IMG/VR virus record: IMGVR_UViG_3300028591_000164
Span: 17,948 to 81,947 of that record
Source of the DNA: a virus
Taxonomy: Duplodnaviria > Caudoviricetes
Reading direction: 5' to 3' (one strand)
Length of the DNA: 64,000 nucleotides
Under the pieces are notes generated by a model. It did no database searches and had not been told where the DNA came from. It saw only the letters and a program-made list of their open reading frames with translations. A program made the position numbers and the translations under genes. Shown piece by piece: positions 47,415 through 55,605 of the stretch; the stretch's first letter is position 1; each line of letters begins with the position of its first letter.

Positions 47415-47820
47415 AATTAATACGAGATTCATATTCTTTGATTTCTTGTTCAAGACAAAATTCTCCTTTGCTATTAATTATTTGATTTTTAAAATGTTCA
47501 CCAAAATAATATTCATTGTCTTTTAAATAAATATCTATCCATAATAATGAATAAGCAATAATTATTGTATTATTTTCTTTAATAGTTAAACTCATCCAGG
47601 GTAAATCATAACAATTATTTTTGTTTGGACAAGAAATTTTATTAATTTTTTTATCTATTATATCACACCAATAATTAATAATCCAATTTTTATCATATTC
47701 TTGCATAGTCTTCTTTTCTCTTGAAGTTGCTTCTTCATAACGAGTTGTAAAACATATTTCATATTTATTTTTATAAATAAATTTTTGAGTATTCATATCA
47801 AACTGTTTAAACCAAGACAA
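47413..47820 (-). CDS. Hypothetical protein, 135 aa
   Basis: Track ORF (TTG start). Confidence 0.5.
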   Translation of the reverse strand: MSWFKQFDMNTQKFIYKNKYEICFTTRYEEATSREKKTMQEYDKNWIINYWCDIIDKKINKISCPNKNNCYDLPWMSLTIKENNTIIIAYSLLWIDIYLKDNEYYFGEHFKNQIINSKGEFCLEQEIKEYESRIN

Positions 47821-48228
47821 CTAAATATTGTTTGGAATATTAATACCACTTATTGTAGATTTTATAATTGACTGTTTTGCTTCTTTTTCTTTTTCTTTTT
47901 TAATGTTGTTTTTAGGAGTTATAAGATTATTAAATTCTTCTCTAGTATAAATATTCCATTCCGGTTCAGGTAAGGTGAAAGTAGGAGAAGCAAATTGCAT
48001 GTCTACTTTATTTAAGGGCGGATGAAATTTTGTAATATAATATTTTTCATATAACATCATATCTCCACTTGAAAGAAAAGTGGCGATGGCGATTTTAGTC
48101 ACATTATTATATTGGATGTTTTCACTTAAATGTTGTTTAAAACGTTTAATAAAATCATTTGTTCGCCCAACATATAATAATTCATCATTAATATAATATT
48201 TATATATATAATATTTTTCTTCTTCCAC
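47821..48228 (-). CDS. Small GIY-YIG-domain protein
   Basis: YYIYKYY...LLYVGRTNDFIKRFKQH...EKYYI. Confidence 0.65.
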   Translation of the reverse strand: MEEEKYYIYKYYINDELLYVGRTNDFIKRFKQHLSENIQYNNVTKIAIATFLSSGDMMLYEKYYITKFHPPLNKVDMQFASPTFTLPEPEWNIYTREEFNNLITPKNNIKKEKEKEAKQSIIKSTISGINIPNNI

Positions 48229-48257
48229 TTATTTTTCCCTTTTCCTTTTTATAATTA

Positions 48258-48300
48258 ATTATAATATAAATTAAAGAAAAAGTCAACTATTGAGTTGACT
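48258..48300 (-). repeat. Composite terminator/promoter repeat, copy 2
   Basis: AGTCAACT-4-AGTTGACT followed by TTTTCTTTAATTTATAT-TATAAT. Confidence 0.75.
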
Positions 48301-49277
48301 TATATTTTTAAAATATTTTTAATATGATTTGCAATTGCTTGTGCCAATTGAACCGGTACTGCATTTCCTACCATTTTATATCCATCATCAACTTTATCAT
48401 AAATAAAAATAAAATCATCAGGAAATCCTTGTAACCGTGCACATTCTCTAACAGTTAGTCGTCGATAAAGATTTTCATATCCAGGCGCAAAAATAAATTT
48501 ATCAGTCTCAATTTTTACCATTTTTGGTGCCTGAGGATGTAATTGGCATTGTCTACCAGATGCTTGAACTGTAAATCCACATTCTTCCCATCCTCTAACT
48601 CGATTACGTGACATATACATGGAAGAAAAATCTCCAATAAAATATTCATGATTTGGAATTTTTAATTCGTTGTTTGCTTTATTTGATTTTTTTGCTGGAA
48701 CAGCTGAATCCTATAAATCTTGTATTGCTTCTCGTAAATTTGTTTTTTTACAAGAAGGGAGGTCTAAATTTGGAATAATATTTAAGTCTTTTCTAATCCC
48801 AAAAAAAATAACTCTTTCTCTATCTTGTGGTACCCCAACAGAAGAAGCATTAATTTTTTTTATAATTACATTATAATTTGCTTCATCAAAACTTTTAATA
48901 AAGCTATTTAAAGCATCTTTATTTTTTTCAAATAAAATTCCTGGAACATTTTCACAAATAAAGAATTTAGGCTTTTTTATTTTTAATACTTCAATATAAT
49001 TAATAAAAAGTTGCCCTCTTGAATCTTTAATTCCTTTTTGAGCGCCAGCTGCTGACCAAGATTGGCAAGGTGGTCCACCAATTAACCCATCTGCATCAGG
49101 AATAGTATTAATATCTATTTTTCTTAAATCTTGATGGTTAAGGGCACAAGTATGATTTTTTTCATATGTAGCCCAGATATGGGAATCAAATTCATTAGCA
49201 AAAACAATTTCAAAACCTGCGTTTTCAAAACCTAAATCTAACCCACCCGCGCCAGAAAATAAACTAATAATTTTCAT
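48300..49277 (-). CDS. C5-cytosine DNA methyltransferase, M.HaeIII-like (GGCC predicted), 325 aa (1 TAG)
   Basis: FSGAGG, GGPPCQ, ENV and QDRERV; TAG at 48711-48713; then PNHEYFIG...MSRNRVR...[17 protein letters not shown] (HaeIII-type TRD), [15 protein letters not shown] and GNAVP. Confidence 0.9.
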
Positions 49278-50056
49278 AAATTATTCACTTCCTTAAAATG
49301 TGCTAAAATATCCTTTTCTGCTCCATATTTTAATGGGGCATCAAATATCATTTCATAATCTGTTAAATTATGCCACTTAATATAAACAGCCAATGCTCTA
49401 TTACCATCAATTTTATCTTCATCCATTCGGTAATTTACTGCTCTAAAAGTAGCATACATTTCTTCTTTATAGTCTGCTGCAAAGGATAAATTATCAATAA
49501 CTTCTTGTGCAGTCATTTTATTTTCACTATTTAATAGTAAGCAATTAGCAACTCCACAATCTTTTATTAATTTATCTTTAACCTTAACAGTTCTTTTTTC
49601 TTGCGGTAAATTTGTACCATATAATATTTCTTCTTTTTGCGCTTCGGTTAATTTTAATTTAGCGCAAAGTTCTCCACAAGCTTTGTTAATAATATCAAAT
49701 CGGAAACCCATAGTATAAGAATTTTTTTTAATATTTCTTACTTGTTCGGGATAAAATACTTGTCTTTTGAGAAAATAAGGTTTCAATTCATTTATAGCAT
49801 TTTGTAAAATTGAATAATCTCTAATATATGTATCATACCATTTTTTAGTTATTTTATTTTGAAGAAAATCCGCATTTGACTGTTTTACACTTATTTTTAT
49901 TTCAGTATTATCATCTAGAAGAATATAAATATCTGTTTTCCCTTCACCACCGTGGTAGAGCGGTTTATCACAAAAAATTACAGTTCTTGTTTCGCCATGA
50001 TATAAAATTTTTGTACCGCTCTTAAAAAGTTCAATAATGCGTTTTTCTTCTTGCAT
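49274..50056 (-). CDS. Putative type II restriction endonuclease (PD-(D/E)XK-like), 260 aa, no TAG
   Basis: GEGKTDIYI...EIKISVKQ motif; ATGA overlap with the methyltransferase start; shared promoter. Confidence 0.55.
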   Translation of the reverse strand: MQEEKRIIELFKSGTKILYHGETRTVIFCDKPLYHGGEGKTDIYILLDDNTEIKISVKQSNADFLQNKITKKWYDTYIRDYSILQNAINELKPYFLKRQVFYPEQVRNIKKNSYTMGFRFDIINKACGELCAKLKLTEAQKEEILYGTNLPQEKRTVKVKDKLIKDCGVANCLLLNSENKMTAQEVIDNLSFAADYKEEMYATFRAVNYRMDEDKIDGNRALAVYIKWHNLTDYEMIFDAPLKYGAEKDILAHFKEVNNL

Positions 50057-50088
50057 AATTTCCTTTTCCTTTCTTCTTTTATACAATT

Positions 50089-50135
50089 ATAATATCATAA
50101 ATTAAAGAAAAAGTCAACTATTTAATCAGTTGACT
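50089..50135 (-). repeat. Composite terminator/promoter repeat, copy 3
   Basis: AGTCAACT-8-AGTTGACT followed by TTTTCTTTAATTTATGA-TATTAT. Confidence 0.7.
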
Positions 50136-50986
50136 AGAATTTGATTTAGATATTCATCAAGAGTATTGTAATTGTATGGAATTTCAATTAATTTAATATT
50201 ATGTGTACTACAATATTCTCGTTTTAAATTATCGTGAATTTGCTGTTTTTTAAATTGTTCTTCTCCGCCAAAAAAGTCTATTGGCTCATAATGCTGTTTT
50301 CCTTGATTTTCTATTGCGTATATTATTTGTTTTTCTTTATTTCTTATAATAAAATCATAAGATAATTGTCCACCACCAGTTCCATATAATTTATCAAATT
50401 TTACATGTGTTTCATATTTAATATTATGTAATTCAAGCCAATCAGCAGTAGCACGTTCATCCATTGACATACTACCCAAGCATCTTTCACATGCAAAATT
50501 TTTATTTTTATGTAATGTATTTCCTCGTTTGAATCCATATCTACCACAAGAACATTTATATGGCCACCATGCTAATCCAAATTTATCTGTATATCCATCT
50601 TTTGCCGGACCAATTACTAATTCTCCAAAAATCTGTCCTTCTAAGTTTTCTGTACGACTAATATTAATACCATTTTTAGCAGCGTGATTGCCTTCACTAC
50701 TACGCCATGGGTCTTCAAACGGACGCTTATGAGTCAATGAGCATTTTTTACAACAAAGTGTTCGCGGACCTTGCTGTTTGTCTGGATTAAATTCAAGCCT
50801 ATCTACTCGTCCTTCAAATTCGATTCCACAAAATGGGCACTCTACCATAACATAGTGCCGTAGTATACCATTTGGTTTACTGGCAGTAGGTTCGTCTCTA
50901 CGTTCATATTCTTCACCAACACATTTGATATTACTGACTGGAAAAATATATCCAGGTTTAATATAGCTATAATTCTTTTTTACCAT
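50126..50986 (-). CDS. Second Zn-finger + Vsr/DUF559-like endonuclease
   Basis: CPFC, CCKKC, CSCG and CERC; LSYDFII...IENQGKQHY...IEIPY, a C-terminus similar to 44523-45464. Confidence 0.68.
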   Translation of the reverse strand: MVKKNYSYIKPGYIFPVSNIKCVGEEYERRDEPTASKPNGILRHYVMVECPFCGIEFEGRVDRLEFNPDKQQGPRTLCCKKCSLTHKRPFEDPWRSSEGNHAAKNGINISRTENLEGQIFGELVIGPAKDGYTDKFGLAWWPYKCSCGRYGFKRGNTLHKNKNFACERCLGSMSMDERATADWLELHNIKYETHVKFDKLYGTGGGQLSYDFIIRNKEKQIIYAIENQGKQHYEPIDFFGGEEQFKKQQIHDNLKREYCSTHNIKLIEIPYNYNTLDEYLNQILVN

Positions 50987-50987
50987 T

Positions 50988-51317
50988 TTATTCTTCTTCC
51001 TTACTTTCTACAAATTTTATATTAATTCCACCAATTTTTTCTTTTAATTCATTAATAGTATATTGTGGATACATTTTATGAGCGGCTTCAAGTGCTTCAT
51101 TGACTTGATTTTCAAATTCTAATCGTTTAGTTAATAGTCGTCCAGCTATTATTTTTCGTATAGTTTTTATTACTGTCATAGTATAAATATCAGTTGGTTG
51201 AAGAGGCGGATATTTTTCACTATCAAAAGCAGAATTTAATTCATATAATATAAGCGCGTGAAGATTTGAATCTTCTTCTGTTACTGTTGGAAGTTTATAT
51301 TTAATTTCTATTTCCAT
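50988..51317 (-). CDS. Hypothetical protein, 109 aa
   Basis: Track ORF trimmed to the ATG after a GAAGGAAA RBS. Confidence 0.55.
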   Translation of the reverse strand: MEIEIKYKLPTVTEEDSNLHALILYELNSAFDSEKYPPLQPTDIYTMTVIKTIRKIIAGRLLTKRLEFENQVNEALEAAHKMYPQYTINELKEKIGGINIKFVESKEEE

Positions 51318-51328
51318 ATTATTTTCCT

Positions 51329-51778
51329 TCATGTTAAAATAGTAGAACAACTTTTAATATAGTTGTCATAATCATTATCTTCAATAATTTTAATTACTAG
51401 TGGTAGTTCATTAATATCATCAATATTAAAGAATAAATCACAGCCGCAGAAGGTCATAAGTGATGTAGGTGCGTCTTCAATTTGAAGCACTACGATACGC
51501 TTTTTTAGTGCGTATGCGTATCCTTGTTCCCAATTACTTCCCGCAGAAGACATGCGGCCGCGGCTAATATATAACATACAATCACATTCATTAATTGCTT
51601 TTACATCAGCTTCAAATACTTTCTGTGCCCATTCTTCTTGCGGATAATCCCAAGCATTTTCAATTTTAAGCTCAAATGGGCAATATACTTCTAATTTATA
51701 TTTACGAAGTAACTTCGCGGCAGCGACCATTAGACTACGATTCTCGCTATCACATGGACCAGCCAGATAAATTTTCAT
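51329..51778 (-). CDS. Nucleoside 2'-deoxyribosyltransferase / N-glycosidase family protein #1
   Basis: IYLAGP, YCP, DVKAINECD and GSNWEQGYAYAL. Confidence 0.85.
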   Translation of the reverse strand: MKIYLAGPCDSENRSLMVAAAKLLRKYKLEVYCPFELKIENAWDYPQEEWAQKVFEADVKAINECDCMLYISRGRMSSAGSNWEQGYAYALKKRIVVLQIEDAPTSLMTFCGCDLFFNIDDINELPLVIKIIEDNDYDNYIKSCSTILT

Positions 51779-51793
51779 TTTTCTTTCCTTTCT

Positions 51794-52198
51794 TTATCTA
51801 TAATAAACAATTAAGCGCCATCCCCAACTAAGTGATTCCTTAGTCGCTGGGAAACTATATGTACTAGATATAGCACCTGGCATATCCTCAAAGCCATTGC
51901 CGCGATCTCGTTGCCATTGATAACGAATTTCTTCACAGTCTTCAAATCCTTCTAATGTACTAGTTAGTGTAACCATCGCGCCCTCTTTCATTACTGGTTT
52001 ACGGTTTGTAGCAATTGTTACTCTTTTTGGTATTGGCGTGGGTGTTGGTTCTGGAGTTGGGACGGGAGTCGGTGTGATTAATTCAATAGATGAATCTGGT
52101 TTGATAATATTAGAAATTTCTTGTTCTTCTCCAATAGAAAGAGATGTAAAGAATAGTAAAAATACTATGATTATAATAGGAATTATTTTATTTTTCAT
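51794..52198 (-). CDS. Exported or membrane-anchored protein: signal/TM, PTP linker, Ig-like domain
   Basis: MKNKIIPIIIIVFLLFF; TPTPVPTPEPTPTP; GAMVTL...YQWQR...PGAISSTY. Confidence 0.7.
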   Translation of the reverse strand: MKNKIIPIIIIVFLLFFTSLSIGEEQEISNIIKPDSSIELITPTPVPTPEPTPTPIPKRVTIATNRKPVMKEGAMVTLTSTLEGFEDCEEIRYQWQRDRGNGFEDMPGAISSTYSFPATKESLSWGWRLIVYYR

Positions 52199-52677
52199 AA
52201 AGTATTTTCCCCCTGTAATTCCCAGATTAAAATTTGTAATAAATAACAGCGAATGGTAGCATCTATATAAATTGCTGGATTGTCTTCTGGAATATCTTTT
52301 AAAGTGGTGCCAAATGCATCAAATGCTTCTTTGGCCAGGTCTAAATTTTGTCCAACATAAATTTGACAATTTTCTTCTGTGTCATATCCGGTTTGATTGC
52401 CTGTGATGTAATCAACATCCCATAATCTGTCTACTAAGTCTTCATCGGTTAATGAAAGACCATTTTCGCGGCAATAATCATAAATTCGTCCTTTTTCATC
52501 TTCATAATAATTATAATTATCAACCATATATTTATCAACTATCGCGATACATTCATCTAGCATTTCATTGGCTTTTTCATATCGCGCGCGAAGTTCACCA
52601 GTCGGGTCACAATACTGAGTTTCTGTATCCACGTCAATACGCAATGATTCTAATTGCTCTAATAATTCTTTCTTCAT
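52195..52677 (-). CDS. Hypothetical acidic protein, 160 aa
   Basis: Track ORF; WDVDYITGNQTG motif. Confidence 0.6.
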   Translation of the reverse strand: MKKELLEQLESLRIDVDTETQYCDPTGELRARYEKANEMLDECIAIVDKYMVDNYNYYEDEKGRIYDYCRENGLSLTDEDLVDRLWDVDYITGNQTGYDTEENCQIYVGQNLDLAKEAFDAFGTTLKDIPEDNPAIYIDATIRCYLLQILIWELQGENTL

Positions 52678-52680
52678 AAA

Positions 52681-53103
52681 TTACCACCAACTTATATCAC
52701 TTATATCTTCTTCTACTCCGCAATGCGGACAAACTGCGACATAACCAGTACTAAATCCAGTATTATATGGTTTAATATAAAATGCGCGACCAGAGTTAAT
52801 TTTGCTGCCATCCCAGCAATCTTGATGGCGTTCACAAAAATCTTTCCATTTATTTAATTCTTTTTCAGTATGAAAACTACCATAGGAAAAATGTAATCGT
52901 GCCCGCAAGGATTTATTTTCTTCTTCAAACTCATTATGAATTTCAGCCGCGACTTCTTCTCTTGTTTTTGCGGCTGCGGTCATTGCGCGTTCCGCTACAT
53001 CTTGATAATATGTTAAAGTGTCAGTAATAATTTTATTTAATTCCACTGCACTATCACATATTTCAACGGTTTCACGTGTTTTTGAATCTATTATTGTTCT
53101 CAT
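52681..53103 (-). CDS. Hypothetical protein with C-terminal CPHC, 140 aa
   Basis: Track ORF trimmed to the ATG after a GAGG RBS. Confidence 0.6.
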   Translation of the reverse strand: MRTIIDSKTRETVEICDSAVELNKIITDTLTYYQDVAERAMTAAAKTREEVAAEIHNEFEEENKSLRARLHFSYGSFHTEKELNKWKDFCERHQDCWDGSKINSGRAFYIKPYNTGFSTGYVAVCPHCGVEEDISDISWW

Positions 53104-53104
53104 A

Positions 53105-53395
53105 TTATTCCTCTGTCGCGCTAAAACCAATTACTTTAAGAGCAAAACTATTAGCAAAAACTTCTTCAAGCCACTTGTCAACATTATGAATTATAATAGA
53201 AGAGAACTCATTACTAAAATCTATATTAGATAAATCTTCATAATCAACAATTGTTATATCTCCATATCCAAGAGAATTGGCTTTTACTTGAAAGGCTCGT
53301 TTATTTTCTGTTACTACTAGTGCTTTATTTTCACGGGCATATTGTAAGAGTTCTTTTGCTTTGCCGCTATCGCGACCGCGAATAATTGTTTTCAT
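53105..53395 (-). CDS. Small protein with a degenerate P-loop (GRDSGKA)
   Basis: Track ORF; N-terminal beta strand followed by a GxxxGK-like motif. Confidence 0.5.
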   Translation of the reverse strand: MKTIIRGRDSGKAKELLQYARENKALVVTENKRAFQVKANSLGYGDITIVDYEDLSNIDFSNEFSSIIIHNVDKWLEEVFANSFALKVIGFSATEE

Positions 53396-53913
53396 ATTTT
53401 TTTCTCCATATTACTACAAAAATTTTTAACCGCGTCATAAGTAGTCATAATCTTTCCATTCATATAGGCTTCTGGGTCCCATCTATAAGCCGCAAGTTCC
53501 AGTTGCTGGCGATATTCATCGTCTGCGTATAATTGAAGAATTTTCTCTTCATAATCATCCTCAGCATAGGGTTTAAAAACAATATGATATTCATCATGGT
53601 CAAATGGATCAACAATTTCTACACCAAAATCTGGCTCATTAGTAATTAGCTGATAATCTTCGCCATAGACATCGTTAGTATAATATCCCTGTACTGGCCA
53701 CGCGGCGAACATCCAGCATTCAAATTTATCCCATTCTTCATTATAATAAACAAAAGGATAATATCCTGTTCCCCAATCTAGCGGCGGAAATTCCCACCTA
53801 TCAATATCTTTTACATCTTCAAGGCAATGCGCCTGAAAACTTTGGTCAGTAGAATAAAAACCAATTAAAGTTTTTTCCATAGGAAAATATTCTTGTATTG
53901 TCTTAAAATCCAT
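53392..53913 (-). CDS. Hypothetical acidic/aromatic protein
   Basis: Track ORF trimmed to MDFKT. Confidence 0.55.
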   Translation of the reverse strand: MDFKTIQEYFPMEKTLIGFYSTDQSFQAHCLEDVKDIDRWEFPPLDWGTGYYPFVYYNEEWDKFECWMFAAWPVQGYYTNDVYGEDYQLITNEPDFGVEIVDPFDHDEYHIVFKPYAEDDYEEKILQLYADDEYRQQLELAAYRWDPEAYMNGKIMTTYDAVKNFCSNMEKKI

Positions 53914-53918
53914 ATTAA

Positions 53919-54254
53919 TCACCAATCATATTCAAGGTAATAATGGTAGCCGTTTTCTGTAATTTCTTGAAAAGAATCACGCATACGGCAAAGAATAGGA
54001 ACATTAGTATAGTCATCCCAATAATCTGGATATTCACAGGCAACTTTAATCATTTCTTCAATATTATCATAAGTGAGTTCAATGTAGTCGCCGCTTTCGT
54101 AATCTTCTGGAATAAACGAGCAATGCTCTACAAGGCTCCACCACTTACGCGCGTAAAGTATTTCTGTTACAGCATCAGAATTATACCAATTATCTGTTTC
54201 AAAAACCTTACGAGTTCGTGCTTTAAAGATATACAAATCCATTCCCATAATCAT
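53919..54254 (-). CDS. Hypothetical phage protein (MGMDLY...YARKWW type)
   Basis: Track ORF; promoter TTGACA-17-TATAAT at 54277-54305. Confidence 0.6.
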   Translation of the reverse strand: MIMGMDLYIFKARTRKVFETDNWYNSDAVTEILYARKWWSLVEHCSFIPEDYESGDYIELTYDNIEEMIKVACEYPDYWDDYTNVPILCRMRDSFQEITENGYHYYLEYDW

Positions 54255-54291
54255 ACTTCCTTTCTTCTTTTTCTTTATTATACACTAAATT

Positions 54292-54519
54292 TTATTTTTT
54301 GTCAAGTTTAAATTTTTCACATTTTTCAAAAAGTTTTTTATTATCATAAAAACATTCTATACAATTACCGTTCATACTATCCATAGCACCAAATTCACGG
54401 CAGCCAGTTAATTTTTCCATACGTTTACGTAAACTTTCTAATTCATATTCAGTATTGTGAAGAAAGATAATAATTTGTTCTTTTGTCTGTTCTTCTAAAA
54501 ATTCATCATCTGTATTCAT
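54292..54519 (-). CDS. Small Cys-containing hypothetical protein, 75 aa
   Basis: Track ORF trimmed to the ATG after AAGGAG. Confidence 0.5.
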   Translation of the reverse strand: MNTDDEFLEEQTKEQIIIFLHNTEYELESLRKRMEKLTGCREFGAMDSMNGNCIECFYDNKKLFEKCEKFKLDKK

Positions 54520-54551
54520 AAAATTTCTCCTTTTAAGTCGCGCGGCGACCA

Positions 54552-54738
54552 TATTTTTATTTATTGTTTTTATTTAATATTTTTATTTATATTTATATTA
54601 TATTTATATTACTCATACGATTTTCGTGGACATATCCACGATTTTCGTGGCAATGCCACGATTTTCGTGTATACCTTCCACGATTTTCGTGGATGGATGC
54701 CACGATTTTCGATGCAATGAATGCCACGATTTTCGTGG
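54552..54738. repeat. Iteron-like array: six copies of the 15-bp quasi-palindrome CCACGA-TTT-TCGTGG next to a ~60-bp almost pure A/T tract (probable replication origin)
   Basis: Copies start at 54615, 54636, 54656, 54678, 54700 and 54724. The AT tract is 54552-54611. The array is immediately downstream of an initiator-like wHTH gene. Confidence 0.8.
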
Positions 54739-55116
54739 TTATCCATCAGTTAAATCTTTTTTATTTTTTAAATTTTCATAATCCACTGGCAGCACAGGAG
54801 TAAAAGTATATACATTTTCTTTTCCCTCTACTGGTGTAATATATCCTTTGGCTTCAAGTTCTTTTCGCGCGGATGTGGCACCATTCTCTCCAAGTCCTAA
54901 TTCTTTTCTTATTGCCGCGGGAGAAAAGTAAAAATAATCTTTGCCATACCAGCGTAAAAGATAACGCCAGATTTTATAAGCATTTCCGTTTAAGTTGCGC
55001 ATCGCCGCGGCTTCCCATTTAAAATCAATAGGTTGAATAAAACGGTTTCCTTCTTTATGTGTTATTTTATCTAATTCTGTAAGATTTAGACGTAATTGGT
55101 TCATATAATTTGGCAT
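54739..55116 (-). CDS. Winged-helix replication-initiator-like protein, 125 aa
   Basis: LNGNAYKIWRYL...FSPAAIRKELGLGENGATSARKELEAKGYI resembles phage/plasmid Rep N-terminal wHTH domains; its stop abuts the iterons. Confidence 0.6.
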   Translation of the reverse strand: MPNYMNQLRLNLTELDKITHKEGNRFIQPIDFKWEAAAMRNLNGNAYKIWRYLLRWYGKDYFYFSPAAIRKELGLGENGATSARKELEAKGYITPVEGKENVYTFTPVLPVDYENLKNKKDLTDG

Positions 55117-55130
55117 ACTTTGGTTCCTCC

Positions 55131-55322
55131 TCAGCCGCTTTGCTTATGATTCTTACTGAGCTTAGATATTGCGGCCTGCAATTCTGGGCTATCTTCAAAT
55201 AGCCAGACATCAAATTGTGGATGATATTCATTTATATCCGTGCTAATAATTTTAAAGCCTTGCTTGCGTAATGCAAATGCTAGCCAACGGGTATAAATTT
55301 TATAGGTTTTAATCTCTGTCAT
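55131..55322 (-). CDS. Small phage protein (DUF5659-like), 63 aa
   Basis: YKIYTRWLAFALRKQGF...VWLFEDSPELQAAI. Confidence 0.5.
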   Translation of the reverse strand: MTEIKTYKIYTRWLAFALRKQGFKIISTDINEYHPQFDVWLFEDSPELQAAISKLSKNHKQSG

Positions 55323-55494
55323 TTTTCATAACCTCTTCCATTCTCATTAGTAAGCTCATAGATGGTACTCGTAATCCATTAAAAATGCGGCCTAAATGTG
55401 TACGACTACATTCTATTTTTTCTGCCGCGAGTTGATAAGTCCATCCTTTTTGTTTAATAAAATCATAGTATTTGTTAATAATTTCTTGTATCAT
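55309..55494 (-). CDS. XRE/Cro-type HTH regulator, 61 aa
   Basis: WTYQLAAEKIECSRTHLGRIFNGLRVPS. Confidence 0.75.
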   Translation of the reverse strand: MIQEIINKYYDFIKQKGWTYQLAAEKIECSRTHLGRIFNGLRVPSMSLLMRMEEVMKNDRD

Positions 55495-55605
55495 TTGACG
55501 TTTTTGGCACCTCCCTAATAAAAAGAAATATTCCTATCATAAGATAGGTAATATTTCTACATTTCATTTCTATTAAATTATAACATAAATTTTATTTTTA
55601 ATCAA

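Noticed and set aside
54615-54738. CRISPR mini-array
   Set aside because: The repeats are 15 bp with only 5-9 bp between them, far too short for CRISPR spacers, and there are no cas genes; iterons fit better.
54564-54803. Track ORF on + across the iterons (79 aa)
   Set aside because: It is an artefact of the AT tract and repeats, with no RBS and against the local transcription direction.
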